Positions 32,037-44,600 of a DNA stretch of 63,869 nt are shown piece after piece. Below the pieces are notes generated by a model that ran no database searches, was not told the DNA's origin, and saw nothing but the letters and a program-made list of their open reading frames with translations. The stretch is from Paraspadella gotoi (lineage: Eukaryota > Animalia > Chaetognatha), in assembly GCA_051294375.1 (NCBI GenBank), contig CM119264.1, positions 13,164,813-13,228,681 of the forward strand, in the 5' to 3' direction. Numbering within the stretch: the first letter of the stretch is position 1; every line of letters begins with the position of its first letter. The position numbers and the translations under genes are program-made.

Positions 32037-32380
32037 TTTGATAAGTGAATCTGAATAGTGAATTCATTAGTAGTAGGGGATTTTTCTCATCAAATTGATC
32101 GGTCAATTAGTAGTGTCTCTTTAAATGTTTTTATCAGTGTATGCGGAAGAATAGTTTTTTACTAGCAAGATGAATTCATGTATAAATTCACCTCATGAAT
32201 TAACCCATGATTTGATAAGTGAATCTGAATAGTGAATTCATTACAGTGGGGGATATTTTTCATAAATGATCGGTAAATTAGTTAGTAACTCTTCAAATGT
32301 TTTTATCAAGGAATCTGAAGGAATAGTTTTCTTACTGGAAGGATGAATTCATGTATAAATTCACCCATGAATTTACCCAG
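32037..32380 (+). repeat. Two-unit tandem repeat, period ~174 bp
   Basis: tttgataagtgaatctgaatagtgaattcatta begins at both 32037 and 32211, and similarity continues through each unit. Confidence 0.88.
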
Positions 32381-33697
32381 AAATGAATTTAAAAGTTTAT
32401 TTCCCCAATGAATCCATAAAGAGGAGGAGTAAGAGGAGGAGTAAGAGGAGGAGTAGCAGGAGAAGGAGCAGGGTGTCTCTGAAAAACAGGAGTGTATTTA
32501 CAAGTAAATGAGGAGCATGAATTCATAAAATCATGAAATCATGATTTTATTGGTAAGTTCGTGGTAGTCGAATCATAGTCGAAAATAGCGCTTCACTATA
32601 AGTGCCTCCTCTCCTCCTCCTCCTCCTCCCCCTCTCCAGCTGCTCATCCTTGCTCTCCTCCTCCTGCTTCATGCCTCCTTTCCATCTCTTACCTTCCTCA
32701 AATTTTTCCCCCATCTATCCCGGCTCCCCTTCCCTACTCCCCCCCTCTCCCCCCCTTCCTCCCTCATTCCACGGACTTCCAATGAAAATGCGACGGATGG
32801 ATGGATAATCCTTCAATACTAGAGATAACCGTCCTCAATTACAGAATGGCGAGCCCAGCAGATGTTCCGGTTCTCACACTCGTTTCTAACGGCGAGTCTA
32901 ATAGGAGTCGGTTGTCCTGAGGAATATTCCCTTTAAATAATCGTCGTAACAAAATTAGTTTTATACTTGAGAACGAACTTCCTCATTCAAAAACTGTCAC
33001 ATTCTGACGCTCGCGACGGTAATTCTTGAATTATTTTATAAAAACATTAGCAACCATCCGCTTTTACAATTTTTTTTTTTTTTAAAATTCCAAAATTAAA
33101 ATTCGGAGTTACCGCATATCGCTCAAGTTCGGTGGCGCATTTTGTTTACGACTAGGTGGTGCTATTTGCCTTGACCTAATTTTGCTTCTTAAAAAGTAAG
33201 TTTATAATAAATGTCGTCGTCGTCATCGTCGGTCATCATCGTCGTCGTCGTCCGTTCTGCGATGCTCCGTTACCACTCCGTTACGCCTAGCGACGAGCGG
33301 CGCAATAAGAATTTTCGGGTCTGGAAATTTTAGGGATTAGTTATGCTTTGTTTATTTTTTTTCTGTTTTTTCATTTTTTCTCGGCGGAAACAGCTGTCCG
33401 CCGAATCCTCTGGGTCTCAAGAGGATTTCAACGCGTGAAACTGTTACGCCGGGGATTTTTTTATCGGGTCGTCCGAAGAGTCGTCGTAGACCCTTCTTCG
33501 TGGTCGTCGTGTCGTTGACTTTTCGTGGGTCCGTCCGTCGGTGCGTTGACTTCTTCGTCGTCACGTCGTTGACCTTCTTCGTCGTCGTCGTTTGACTTCT
33601 TCGTCGTCGTCCGTCGTCGTTGACTCTTCGTGGTCCGTTGTCCGTCCGTCGTCCGTCGTCGTCGTCGTCGTCGCTGGCCAAATTCTTTGGCTTTAAG

Positions 33698-33865
33698 CCG
33701 CATTCGCCGACGACAATGACTGACCCGAAACCGCACTGCGCAGCCGAGCACCGGCTCAACGACTACCCACCAGCCCGACCGAAACGACAGACCGACACAT
33801 TCGGCGCCACTGGCCAGCCACAATTCTTCGCCGCTCATCCTCGCACGCCTCACCGAATCACTGAG
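33698..33865 (+). other. Candidate exon with GC donor (MTDPKPHCAAEHRLNDYPPARPKRQTDTFGATGQPQFFAAHPRTPHRITE)
   Basis: ttaag| acceptor; ATG at 33716 in ACAATG context; 50 codons; then GAG|gcgagt, a strong GC-AG donor consensus. No homology recognised. Confidence 0.3.
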
Positions 33866-34268
33866 GCGAGTTACGTTCTAATCGAATATCACACAGTATT
33901 TCACGCCTTTTCCCCGAAATCGAGGAATGTTAGATAGAGAGAGAGGTGAGGAANNNNNNNNNNNNNNNNNNNNNNNNNAAAAAAAGAGAGAGATGAAAAA
34001 GTGCCATATGAATCGGGGAATTTACATATCAAAACTTGAGTTCGGAAAACATGCTCTTTCATTATCTTCTCTCTTTCAGCATCTCTCTCTATATCTCTCT
34101 CTTGGTCTCTCTGTCTCTCCCACCTAGTCCCGTCTTATCTATTTTTAATTCTCTTACTTAAAAAAACCCAAAAATTCGAGACTAAAATCTCTTCTACTTT
34201 CTATCATCTATATTTTGCTAACTTCGTAAACACTAAGCGATTTCAACGGAATCATTCGAATCGTGGAA

Positions 34269-37200
34269 TCAGACTTTTTCCGTAGAGGAACCCGCCCGTG
34301 CTTGGGCGGGACGTCGCAAACTTTGCCGCCGTCTTGGGTGAGGCTATGGCACCGGCGATGTAGGGAGTCCCGCTGATTCCGAAAGTGTAGGCCGGAGCTC
34401 TGGGGTGAGGCGATGTGAACGGGGACGAGTGTTTGCGGTGCGTGAAAGAGAAGTGACATTTTCGAATAAAAAACCCTTTTTATTTAATTACGTTATTAAA
34501 ACTTTGTCTATAATATATTATTTCTTTGTCTTTGTATTGGTTTTATCAATTTTTTGTAGATTGCTCCAAGATGTCACACTTATGTCACCATGTTGCCATC
34601 ACCTCACCTTCCTTCACCCCGCCCTTCTCACCGTTTCCTGTGAGTGTCGTAAGACTTGAGCGAGTGAGCCGCGGGTCCGGGCGATCGAGAAATGAGTGGC
34701 ATCGGGCGAAGAGGACGCCATCGAGTACGAGGGGGCGTTGGATTTGTGGCGGGTCTTGCCAAACTGAGTCGGGAGGTTAGGAAAATTAATAAAAAAAAAA
34801 AAACTTACTTAATAATAGATTTTATTTAAAAAATATTAACATTAGTTTAATCGCGGCAAAACTCACAGGCGGCAGCATGTACTGATTCGGCCCAACGGGA
34901 CAGACATAGGGACGAAAGATCGGGCTTGTGGGCGACCACAGGATTGGGTCCTTCTGTGGCGTCTTGTATCTGCTTACTCGGAAATCTGAAGTGACAGAGA
35001 GAGGGAGAGGGAGAGAGAGAGAGAGAGAGAGAGAAGAGAGAGAGGAGAGAGAGAGGAGAGAGAGAGAGAGAGGAGGAGAGAGAAGAGAGAGAGAGAAAAG
35101 ATTAAGAGGGTTAATATGTTACTTCAAGGCCACACTACCTTCTCATTTCAAACTTACTTGTTATGGGATAGTAGTTTGGCCCAGGAACATATGACCGACC
35201 CTGACGAATTGGTCCTGTCTTATGGACCATAGGGTTCACGAGAATAATTGGTCACGTGATGTTTCATGATCGAAGGCGCCGTGGGATCTAGGGAGCTGAA
35301 AAGGTCAAAACGTTCGAGTCAAAGAATATTTAATACGAATTAAATTTAAAGGAATTTTTTCAAACCCCGCGCATTCTCGGAAGGACTCACGAGGTGTGAT
35401 GAATGGGTGTTCCTCTCCAATCGGTCCTTAAAAAGAAAGTGCGGTCCTCCTACGCGGCCGTAACGCGTCATCAGGGGATCCTGATGAGAAAATTAAGGGA
35501 GACGGGACAAAAGAGAGAACGGGAAAGTATGAAGAAGGGAAAATAAGAAAAAGCAGCCATGGCTCACCCGTTAGTGGCATCGATCGGAACCAAAATGGGA
35601 AAAAAAAAAGAATAAACAACACCGATCGAATTCCGATACGATATGATAACATAAAAAACAAGAACCATAACTAACATGATCATGACCGGCCGGACCGGCG
35701 CCGATCGATCCTGCGTCGGCCCCGCGCAAATCCGTGGCCATGTAGTGCGTAGGGAACGTCCGCCTCGAGAGAGAGAGAGAAAAAGGAAATTCTCATTCTC
35801 ATGGCCTGCGAAGATGGTTCACCAGTGGAATTTCCACCCCGGACTTACTTGGTAGATGGGGGCGTCGGGCAACTGCGGCATGTCGTATCTGCCCGGACCT
35901 GGGAGACCGTACATCTCGGCCGTCGCAGGCCGAGAGGCTGGCCGACACGCCCGTCGCGGTTTCCCTGCAGAGAGCAAGATCGCGAGAGAAATGGCGCGTG
36001 GCGCGCATTTTAAAACCGAGGCTCGAAATTAAATTTAATCTTTTTACGATTCTCCCAACCTTGGGCTGCATCCACATTGGCCCTCCGTAGGGTTGATTCA
36101 CCGTCCCATTGGCCGAGAGGTCTTGACACTTGTGACTCTCGTTCTGGTTTTCGAATCGTAGTTCGCGGAGAAGCGTTGAAGTTGACGTCGTCATTGTCAA
36201 CTTCGCTCGAAATCGTCGAGCCGGTCCCAACTGCTCGATTGTATTAGAAATACAAGGGAAAATATATAAATTGGGGCAACAATGAACGCATATTTAAACT
36301 TTAGTTGGAATCGCTTATATTAACTGATATTTAAATTGTAAATTTTTTTTCAATTTCCTTTTTTTCTAAAGACATTTCAACGCTCATACAATTATAATTA
36401 GTTCAAAGTCCTTCATTCGAAACTGAACTTTTCCTGTCGTTCCGCTATTCTTTTTCTTATCGAACTTGGTCTCCGAAGATTGTCGTCTCGCTTGACGAGG
36501 CTGTTGAGCCTGTCGAATTTTTTCCCTTTCCTTTTTTTCGCGAGGCAGCATTCGTTATCGTTGCTGCTCCACTGTTTCGTCAGAGTCTTGCTGGGCGACT
36601 TTTGTGTTTTACTGAAACGAAATTGACTTAGTAATTAAAAAAGTTGAAATCAAAGTGTGTATCAAGAGAGAGCAGAGCTTTCTCGATTAAGTATTGCTAA
36701 CGAATTCCCTTGTCACCATGGTCTTCTTTGTCACTTTTTCTTGCTGAATGTTACTTTCGTCTACATTTGAAAAAGGTTTAGGGTTAAGTAATAAGTATAA
36801 GTTTTCTATCAATTCAATATGAACGTTTAATTTTTTTTCAAAGGTTGAGATAAATTCAGTATTATCGCAATTAAATCTTTGTTGTCCCCATTACTTACCC
36901 CTTGTCCTCCTTCTTCCTTTCGGTCGCAAATATTCGACTGCTGCAGCGAATTTGCCTCACTTGTCCGCAGCGTATTCCGCGCCGCGCCAGAACCAGACAA
37001 CGGAGACAAATTGTAGTTTCCATGAGGCGTTGGGATTTTTCCTTTCGCTGACGTATGGATCGGAATTGGTTTCATTTGATAATTCGGTTTTGAGACAATA
37101 CTTTCGATCATGATTATTTGACGTTTAAAGACTTGAAACGAAAATATTCATTGTTTCAAAGAATCTGAATTCAATTATCAGTTCGGGAGTTGTTTAGACT

Positions 37201-37666
37201 TAGAGATGTTCAATATTCGCCCCAAGCCCAAACATCATTCACCTGAGTGAATGAGGGGTGAGGGTGTGAACTCTTATAAACCCCCGACGGTGACGTCGTA
37301 GCTCTTCTTCCCATCTGTTTCTCGGGGGTGGAGACGGGGGTCACGATCGACGGAAGCTTCTCTACTTCCATTGCGCCCTGATTCATGTTCGACACGACCA
37401 TGGCCAACTCCGTCTGAAAACCGCTCCTCCTTGGGCGGCGTCTGCGACGAGAGGGCCGGCGTCGGCGGCGCTCTCCGGCGTCGGTCGCTCCGTCTGTTCG
37501 ACGGACGAGGCCGAGACCGGGTTGGAGACGGTTGTGGGGAGTCGGCGTCGGGCTCCGAGTTTGGACCGCGGTCTTGAGGGGCGTTTGCCGGTCGAGCGAC
37601 GGCGTTATTGTCGGCCCGGATTCGCTCGTTGATCCCTCGACGTCATTTTTTCTCATTTTCGCTCAT
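34269..37666 (-). CDS. ODF3: Second copy (other haplotype) of the ODF3-like gene; frames broken by scattered single-base indels
   Basis: Near-identical to 25960-29396 exon by exon. Differences are mainly 1-bp indels typical of uncorrected long reads. Confidence 0.7.
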
Positions 37667-38699
37667 TTTTTTTCAATTCCTTTTTTGGGGGTGGAAGTAA
37701 AGTCATTATTTACTCAATAATTACTCATTAATCATTACCATTAACCAAGAATTATAAACGCCTTTTTCAAACCCCTCCCTTCACCAAAAAAAAATGTACC
37801 TGATAAATTTCCTCCATAAACTTGGAACAACTACTTAAATCCACCTTTTTAAAAAAAATGTATTTTCAAGTTATCGAATTATCTACGAAAAAAAATTGAA
37901 TTTCGCCAATTATATGCGTTTCATCGAAAAAGTATGGACGTAGTTTTTGAAAGATTAAGATGGAGAAATTGATTTATTTGCTAATTGAATTGTTGACCTC
38001 CTAAGCCGAATATAAATATATAAAGCCGAATGTAACAGGTTAAAAAGCAAAACGTCCAAGGAATCTGAAAAACCCCAAGGGGGGAATCCTTCTGCTCTCT
38101 TTTTTTTTTCTTTAAGGTTTGAACGATGTCCAGACAATCGAGTCGTCGCCGTCTCACTCTTGAAAACGAAAAAAAAAAACCCAGCGACTTTATGGATGTA
38201 TGCAAATTGATTTTTAGTCTGGTTTCTTCTCTTTCAATCTTCTTTTCTACACACCCTCTTTCTCTTCTCCATATCGACTTCTGCTCTTGTATTATCCCAA
38301 AAAAATGTTTTTCCCCGCCTCCAAAAATGTCACAAGTTTCGCTTGCCATCTCAATCCATTAGTCGGAAGTAAAGTTTATTATCTGCGACAATAACATCGT
38401 CTTCAAATATATTTTCTCTGAAGAGAGAGATAGACAGACAGCAGATTAGAGATATAACTTACCAAACAATAGTATCGTTTGTTTCCGTCGCATAATGCGA
38501 CCCAAACAACAAAACCATGGAAAAAAGTTGGCAGATATCGGAGAGGAAAGAATGGAATAAATAAATAAAGAAACAAAATATCGGGGAAGTAAAGGGCAAA
38601 AATTCTATTTCCTCATCGACGAAATTTGGTGTATCGAGTAAGAAAAAAAAAGAAAGAATGAAAGGGAGAAAGAAAAAAAGAAATAAAGAAAGAAAGAAA

Positions 38700-38764
<65 letters not shown>

Positions 38765-40683
38765 AACGAAAGAAAGAAACGAAAGTAAGAAAGAAAGAAA
38801 CGAAGAAATAGAAAATAAAAAACCGAAGAAAGATGAGAAAAAAAGATAAAATAAAAGATAAAAAGAATAAACGCCGCCGCAGCATCTGTTTTGCGCTGCT
38901 GCCGCCGCTGCCCCGCTTTCTTTCGTCTTTTTTTTTTTAAGATTCCATCAGAAAACGTGTCCTCTTTCGCCCCGATCTTGTTTCCCGGTGATTCCATCCC
39001 ATTTCCGGAAAAGCAATCGCTTGTCTCTTCGCTCTTTGCGCACGATCGTAGCTTCGATGTCACGATTTAAACTCTCCCCTAATCCTCCTCATCCCTCCTA
39101 CTCCCCCCTCACTCCTCCTACTCCTCCTCATATAGTGAAGCGCCTTTTTCGACCACTTTTCGACTCGCAAACGGTCGAAAAGTCGCTGCGACTGATTTTA
39201 CTGGTCGAAAAGTCGAATTCGACTGATAATCAGTCGAATTAATGGAGGAGCGTGAATTCATTGAAGACTCTCTGGTCGAATTCGACTCGGAATTGGTCAA
39301 CGACATCAAATATGATGAGCTCTTTCTCTCTCGTTCTCTTCTCTCTCTTCACTCTCTCTTTCACTCTCTCTCTTTCTCTCTTTCTCTTTCTCTCTTTCTC
39401 TCTTTGTATTTCTCTCTCTTTCTCTCGCTAATTGCCAATGTAGTAAAAAATTAAAAATAAATTCTTATGAATGAATTCATACATGTAAATAATTTATAAT
39501 GTAGAAGACGAAAATACGGGAAAATAAATGTAGGGAAAAAGGTGAAGGATTGTGACGATGTAGAGAAGTAGAAATTCAATTTAAAAACGATATTTGCTCA
39601 TTTGCTAAATTAAAGATGAATTCATATGAATAAATTCATACATAAATTCAATCAGTCTGTTTCGGTTAAAATAAGAATTATATTGTTGATGATATTAAGA
39701 AATGAATTCATATAGATGAATTCGTATCAAAAATCTAAGACTTGAAATCAACAAGCATTTTCTAATGTAAATAATTCTCATGAAAGAATTTACTAAGTAT
39801 CAACTTGCATAATATTTTTAACTAACATATTTTTTTCAACTTGCATAATATTTTCACTTGTATAATTTTTTCCACTTGCATAATTTTTTCAACTTGTATA
39901 ATTTTTTAAACTTGCATAATATTTTTACTGCATAATTTTTTACATGCATAATCTTTTTAACTTGTATAATATTTTTAACTTGTATAATTTTTCAACTTGC
40001 ATAATTTTTTCCAACTTTTATCATTTTTTTAACATGTTATGATTTTTTTTAACCTTGTATAATTTTTTTACACTTGCATAATTTTTTCTTTTAATTTCAT
40101 TTCCATTGCAAAATTACATCGAACACACATCTCAATCCAAAGTTTATTGAAAGATTGTAAACATCAGTCAGAAGAAGAAGTGTCATCAACTCTAAACTTT
40201 GGTCTCTGACTTTAAAGTCTTAAACTCCTACTATATACTATTGGTTAAACCAATTCAAAATTTTCTTGCACCAATCGATAGCTCTTTAAAAGTGAAATTA
40301 AAATTAAAAAGTGTATTAAAGCTAACTTTTTTTGCACTGCAGTTCCTTTCCTGATTACAACAAAATAATTTGATAAGTGAATCTGATAGTGAATTCATTA
40401 TAGTAGGGGATTTTTTCTCATCAAATTGATCGGTCAATTAGTAGTGTCTCTTTAATGTTTTTATCAGTGTATGCGGAAGAATAGTTTTTTACTAGCAAAT
40501 GAATTCATGTATAAATTCACCTCATGAATTAACCCATGATTTGATAAGTGAATCTGAATAGTGAATTCATTACAGTGGGGGATATTTTTCATAAAATTGA
40601 TCGGTAAATTAGTTAGTAACTCTTCAAATGTTTTTATCAAGGAATCTGAGGAATAGTTTTCTTACTGGAAGGATGATTCTGTA

Positions 40684-41263
40684 TGTTGCACGGCCGGAGG
40701 TTCGCCACAGCGTGATCAGAGGGCGTGAAACTTGGAGTGTCACGGTCCTAAGTAGAGAAGTAGCCAAGGATTAGTCTTTGGTTTGACGGGCGCAGGAAGG
40801 CGTACCGGTAGATTTATTGATGTATTATTTGATGATCATAATTGGGCAGAATAATATCAGTTAATTCAGATTTTGGTTTTTCTTCAAATGTGAAATAATG
40901 TACTTCAGTTACATTTGAGATTTGAGTAAACAAGGATTAAACATTGGTGAAAATCAATCTATTTGAATCAGATTCAACAACAGAATGGCAATCTTAGGTT
41001 TTACATCAATAAAGTAAAACATTCAGTGAACAAAACGGGAATTAAACATGGGTGACATCTTCTGTTAACAAGATTATCTTTTGAAAACAAAAGTCTTTAG
41101 TTCTTGAATTAAATCTTTAAGAAGAGGATTTTGTCTTGACATTGTGGCCATCTGTTGCAACGGACCAGTAGTTCTTTTGTTCTCCAGAAAAAATTGACGG
41201 GGTTTCAATCCCGGAGGCATGAGTGTTGATCTATTTTGATTTCACCTTGTCAAGTGGGCCGCA
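40684..41263 (-). repeat. 3' LTR of the gypsy element
   Basis: TGTTGCACGGCC...GGGCCGCA; minus-strand AATAAA at ~40813-40818, in the 3' part of the LTR. Confidence 0.92.
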
Positions 41264-41629
41264 TGCCCCCTGTTAATATATTGGGGGTTTTTATATTAAT
41301 ATGTAGTTTGTAGTCACTGAGTAACGTGTATTGTAAAATAAATAATAGGTTAATATATAGAGTATATAAAGAATGAGATGCTTAACAGTAATAAATCAAT
41401 TAAAGACCAACGAAAAGAAAAAAAAAATATGCTTTAAAATTTGAAATGACGGGTTTAATAATATAACAATTATATACAAGGGCCGTTCTCGTTCTGGATT
41501 TTCTGTCTTCGTAACAATCTCCTTCAGTAGGATTGCGTGGTTGGGCGTTTGTTTGTTTGTTTTGTTGTTTTTTGTTGTCGGTAGTTTCGAGAAGTTGGAG
41601 AAGTTTCGAGTTATCGCTCGCAAGTTTCA

Positions 41630-44600
41630 CGTGTTGGTCATTTGGTTTATTTTTCGAGGTTTGTTGTTGTTGTTGTTGTTTTCCTCGGACGGAGAAGGAT
41701 CTTGTTGGACGTCGGAAGGGCTGGGAGACAGCGGGAAGTATGGTGGAAAAGGTGGAGGTGATTGGGGAAGGTTTGGGGGAAGTGTGGGGTTTGATTGTTG
41801 GAGGTAGGATGGGGGGGATGGAAGAGGAGGTGGAGGAGTTAGGAGGAGAGTGAGGAGGGCGGCGCGCTGAATTGCCCGTCGCTTATTCGGGGTCGTTATC
41901 CGTCGGCTGCTCTCGTGCTGCTGCTGGCGGCGTCCTGGTCGCTTTTTGGCGTGAGTTTCCGAGTTGTCGGTCCTCCGCCTGTCACTCACCCTGCTGGTTT
42001 GACTCGAGCAATGTTCATGTTTCTCTCCCTTTACTTGGTATGTCGATGGTCATGTTTAGGCCGTTTCGGTGTACGACGCGAGTAGGGGCCTCGTATGGGG
42101 GCCACCCAAGAGGGTTGCACCCTCCTCGTCGAATGAAAACGTATTGACGGAGTTCTACAAGCGGGGAGATGAACTGGGTCGCTGGTGGAGCGGTATGTCG
42201 TTGGTTGTGAGTCGGCGCTTTCTAGGCGAGCTTTGCAAGTTCGTTTCGGCCGTAGTGTTCAGCGGGAGTTGTTGTCGGCCTGGGCGTCGCAAGCTGCTTC
42301 CTGGAGACGCCTACACCTTCACCGAATATAAGTGGGCTGGCAGAGGGCTCCGACGTCTCCTTAACCGTTGTTCTGATTGCTAATATGCAGAGGAAGTTTC
42401 AGAACATGATTCTCTCTCGTCCTTCCCAAGCCGCCAATGGAGATTACAACTTCAGTTCGTCGGTGGATACCTTTCCACCATGCCGTGGACTGCGGGTGAT
42501 ACGCCGTCGTGGTGTTGGTTGTTTTATGCCCCATTGATCATCAGTTGACGGCAGTAAGTCGATGTAATTGGCTTCCTCCTGTCGGTTTGGTTATTACGAA
42601 GGCGGTCCCAAAGATGCTGATCCACTCGAGACTATGGCGTCGAGGATGGTGGCGTAAGTGTTCTTGATCGGAATGGCTGAGGCCATCTGAAAAACGGTCG
42701 ACGATTGTTTAGGGAGGTGAAAATACCAATTTGAATTTTGGCATTTAACGAGGTCGAATTATATGTTGAACGAACGAGGGTGGCACCTTGAATTCTCCAA
42801 ACTTCGGTACAAACGTGGGGGTATCTCTTGCCACTTTGGCAGTCCAAACAATCACGTGCCCATTTGTTTATCCTGGCGATACTAGTCCAGACGATTTTGC
42901 TGTAAACAAACGGCCTTCCGAGTTTGTTTCAACCCGGATTGGCCGAGGTCCATGAATTATGTTGAACATTTCGCGCAAGATGCTGGGCCGAATGGTCTTG
43001 CTGCATTCGAAGTCGCCAAAATGTCCTCGATTGCCTAATTTGTATTTTTCGGAAAGATTGTCCACCTGGCATCCTCTGCGATTTTTCTGAAAGTCAAGGA
43101 TCTAACGCGCCTGTTCTCGTGCCATCTGTTCGAATCTATCTCAAAATTGGTTGAGATGCGATGACAGTTGATGTCCCAGTCTGTTGGGTTTGAATCCTTT
43201 GTTCCATTTCTCATCGCTTGCTGCTCGGGGGTCCTGCGGCTGTTGTTTGCAGTTCTGACGAGTTGATTGTTGTACGCGTTGTTGGAGGAGTTGCTGTGGC
43301 CTTTTGCGGATGCTGGTTGAGGTTGTTTTGGCAGTTTTGTCCTCCTTTTTCTTCCAGCGTTGTCATTTGCGGCATTGTTGTTGACGTGGGTTGGGCGCGA
43401 GAACAACGCATCGGCCACCACGTTTGCCTTGGCCTTATAGAAACGAATGTTCCGTGGTAAATTCTGCGATCACAGACAGTTGGTACGATTGGTCGCAGTT
43501 TGTGGTTGATTTTCTTACGATTGCTGAGACTAAGCCCCCTCTGGTGGTCCGTGTAAATCGTGAGGGCCTTCTAACCTCAGTGTCGGAAGTGCCTCACGCT
43601 CTTAAGCTCCGTAAAGTCTCGGAAGGAGGGAGGGCCAGACAGTTTCTGATTTTTTGCAAGTTGGCGGAAAACCCACCCGAACTGCCAGCGTAGTTCCCAG
43701 CTTTTGGGCCCCGCTGTTCAAGACGCTCCACGGCGTGGTCTGACGCGTCAGTTGTTATGCACAGCTGAGCTCCTGTCGAGGTGGGCAGAATTGCCGCTGA
43801 ATCAAGCCTTCTTTATGGCTCAATGCGTCCTCGATGCCTCTGTCATTTAATGACTTGGGTTTTCCGCTTAGTGCCTCATAGAGGGGTGCCAACGATGTGC
43901 GACCTTGGTATGAACCTCCTGTAGAATTTAATCATACCAAGGAAGCGTTAATGCTCCTGATAATGTAGGCGATTGGTTCTTTTGAGGGTCTTTACTCACT
44001 CGGAGTGGGCGTACGCCATGCTTGTCCACTAGAATCCCAGAAACTCCAGTGATTCCTGACAAGTAGCTTTTTGGTGTTTACGACTAAACCTTTGATCCAA
44101 TGCCTGGAAACTCGCTCTAAAGTCTTGTGATGTTCTTCTGAGATGATGAGGCTACCAAGAATCGTCCAGGTTACGAAGTGGCGGGATGTCTCCCAGGATT
44201 TCTCCATAGTCCTGGAAAAATCCTGGCCGCGTTCTTGAGCCAAACGGGCAGCGGGGAAAACCTATAGGTCGAACGGGGTGATAACCGCCGTCTTTTTGAC
44301 ATCGTTGGTTCCACCGGGATCTGTGATAACCTTTTAGCAAGTCATTTTCGAAAAAATTGTTTTTTCCCTTCCAATTGTGCATTGAAATCGGTTAACAGTT
44401 TAACCGGATATCTGTCTTCAATTGTTTGTGCATTCAGGCATCGATAATCACCACAACATCTCCAACCGCCGTCAGGTTTTCGACACCACGTGGAGTGGCG
44501 ATGACCACTCTGACTTGCCTCTTTTCGCTATCCCAGTGAAACCATTCTCTCCACTCTCTTTTGGCACGGCGAGTTTTTCTCCGGATCCAATCTTCTGCTC

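Noticed and set aside
34269-37666. Second ODF3-like copy as a true pseudogene or paralogue
   Set aside because: The indel pattern and gap-flanking duplication point to a haplotype copy with read errors.
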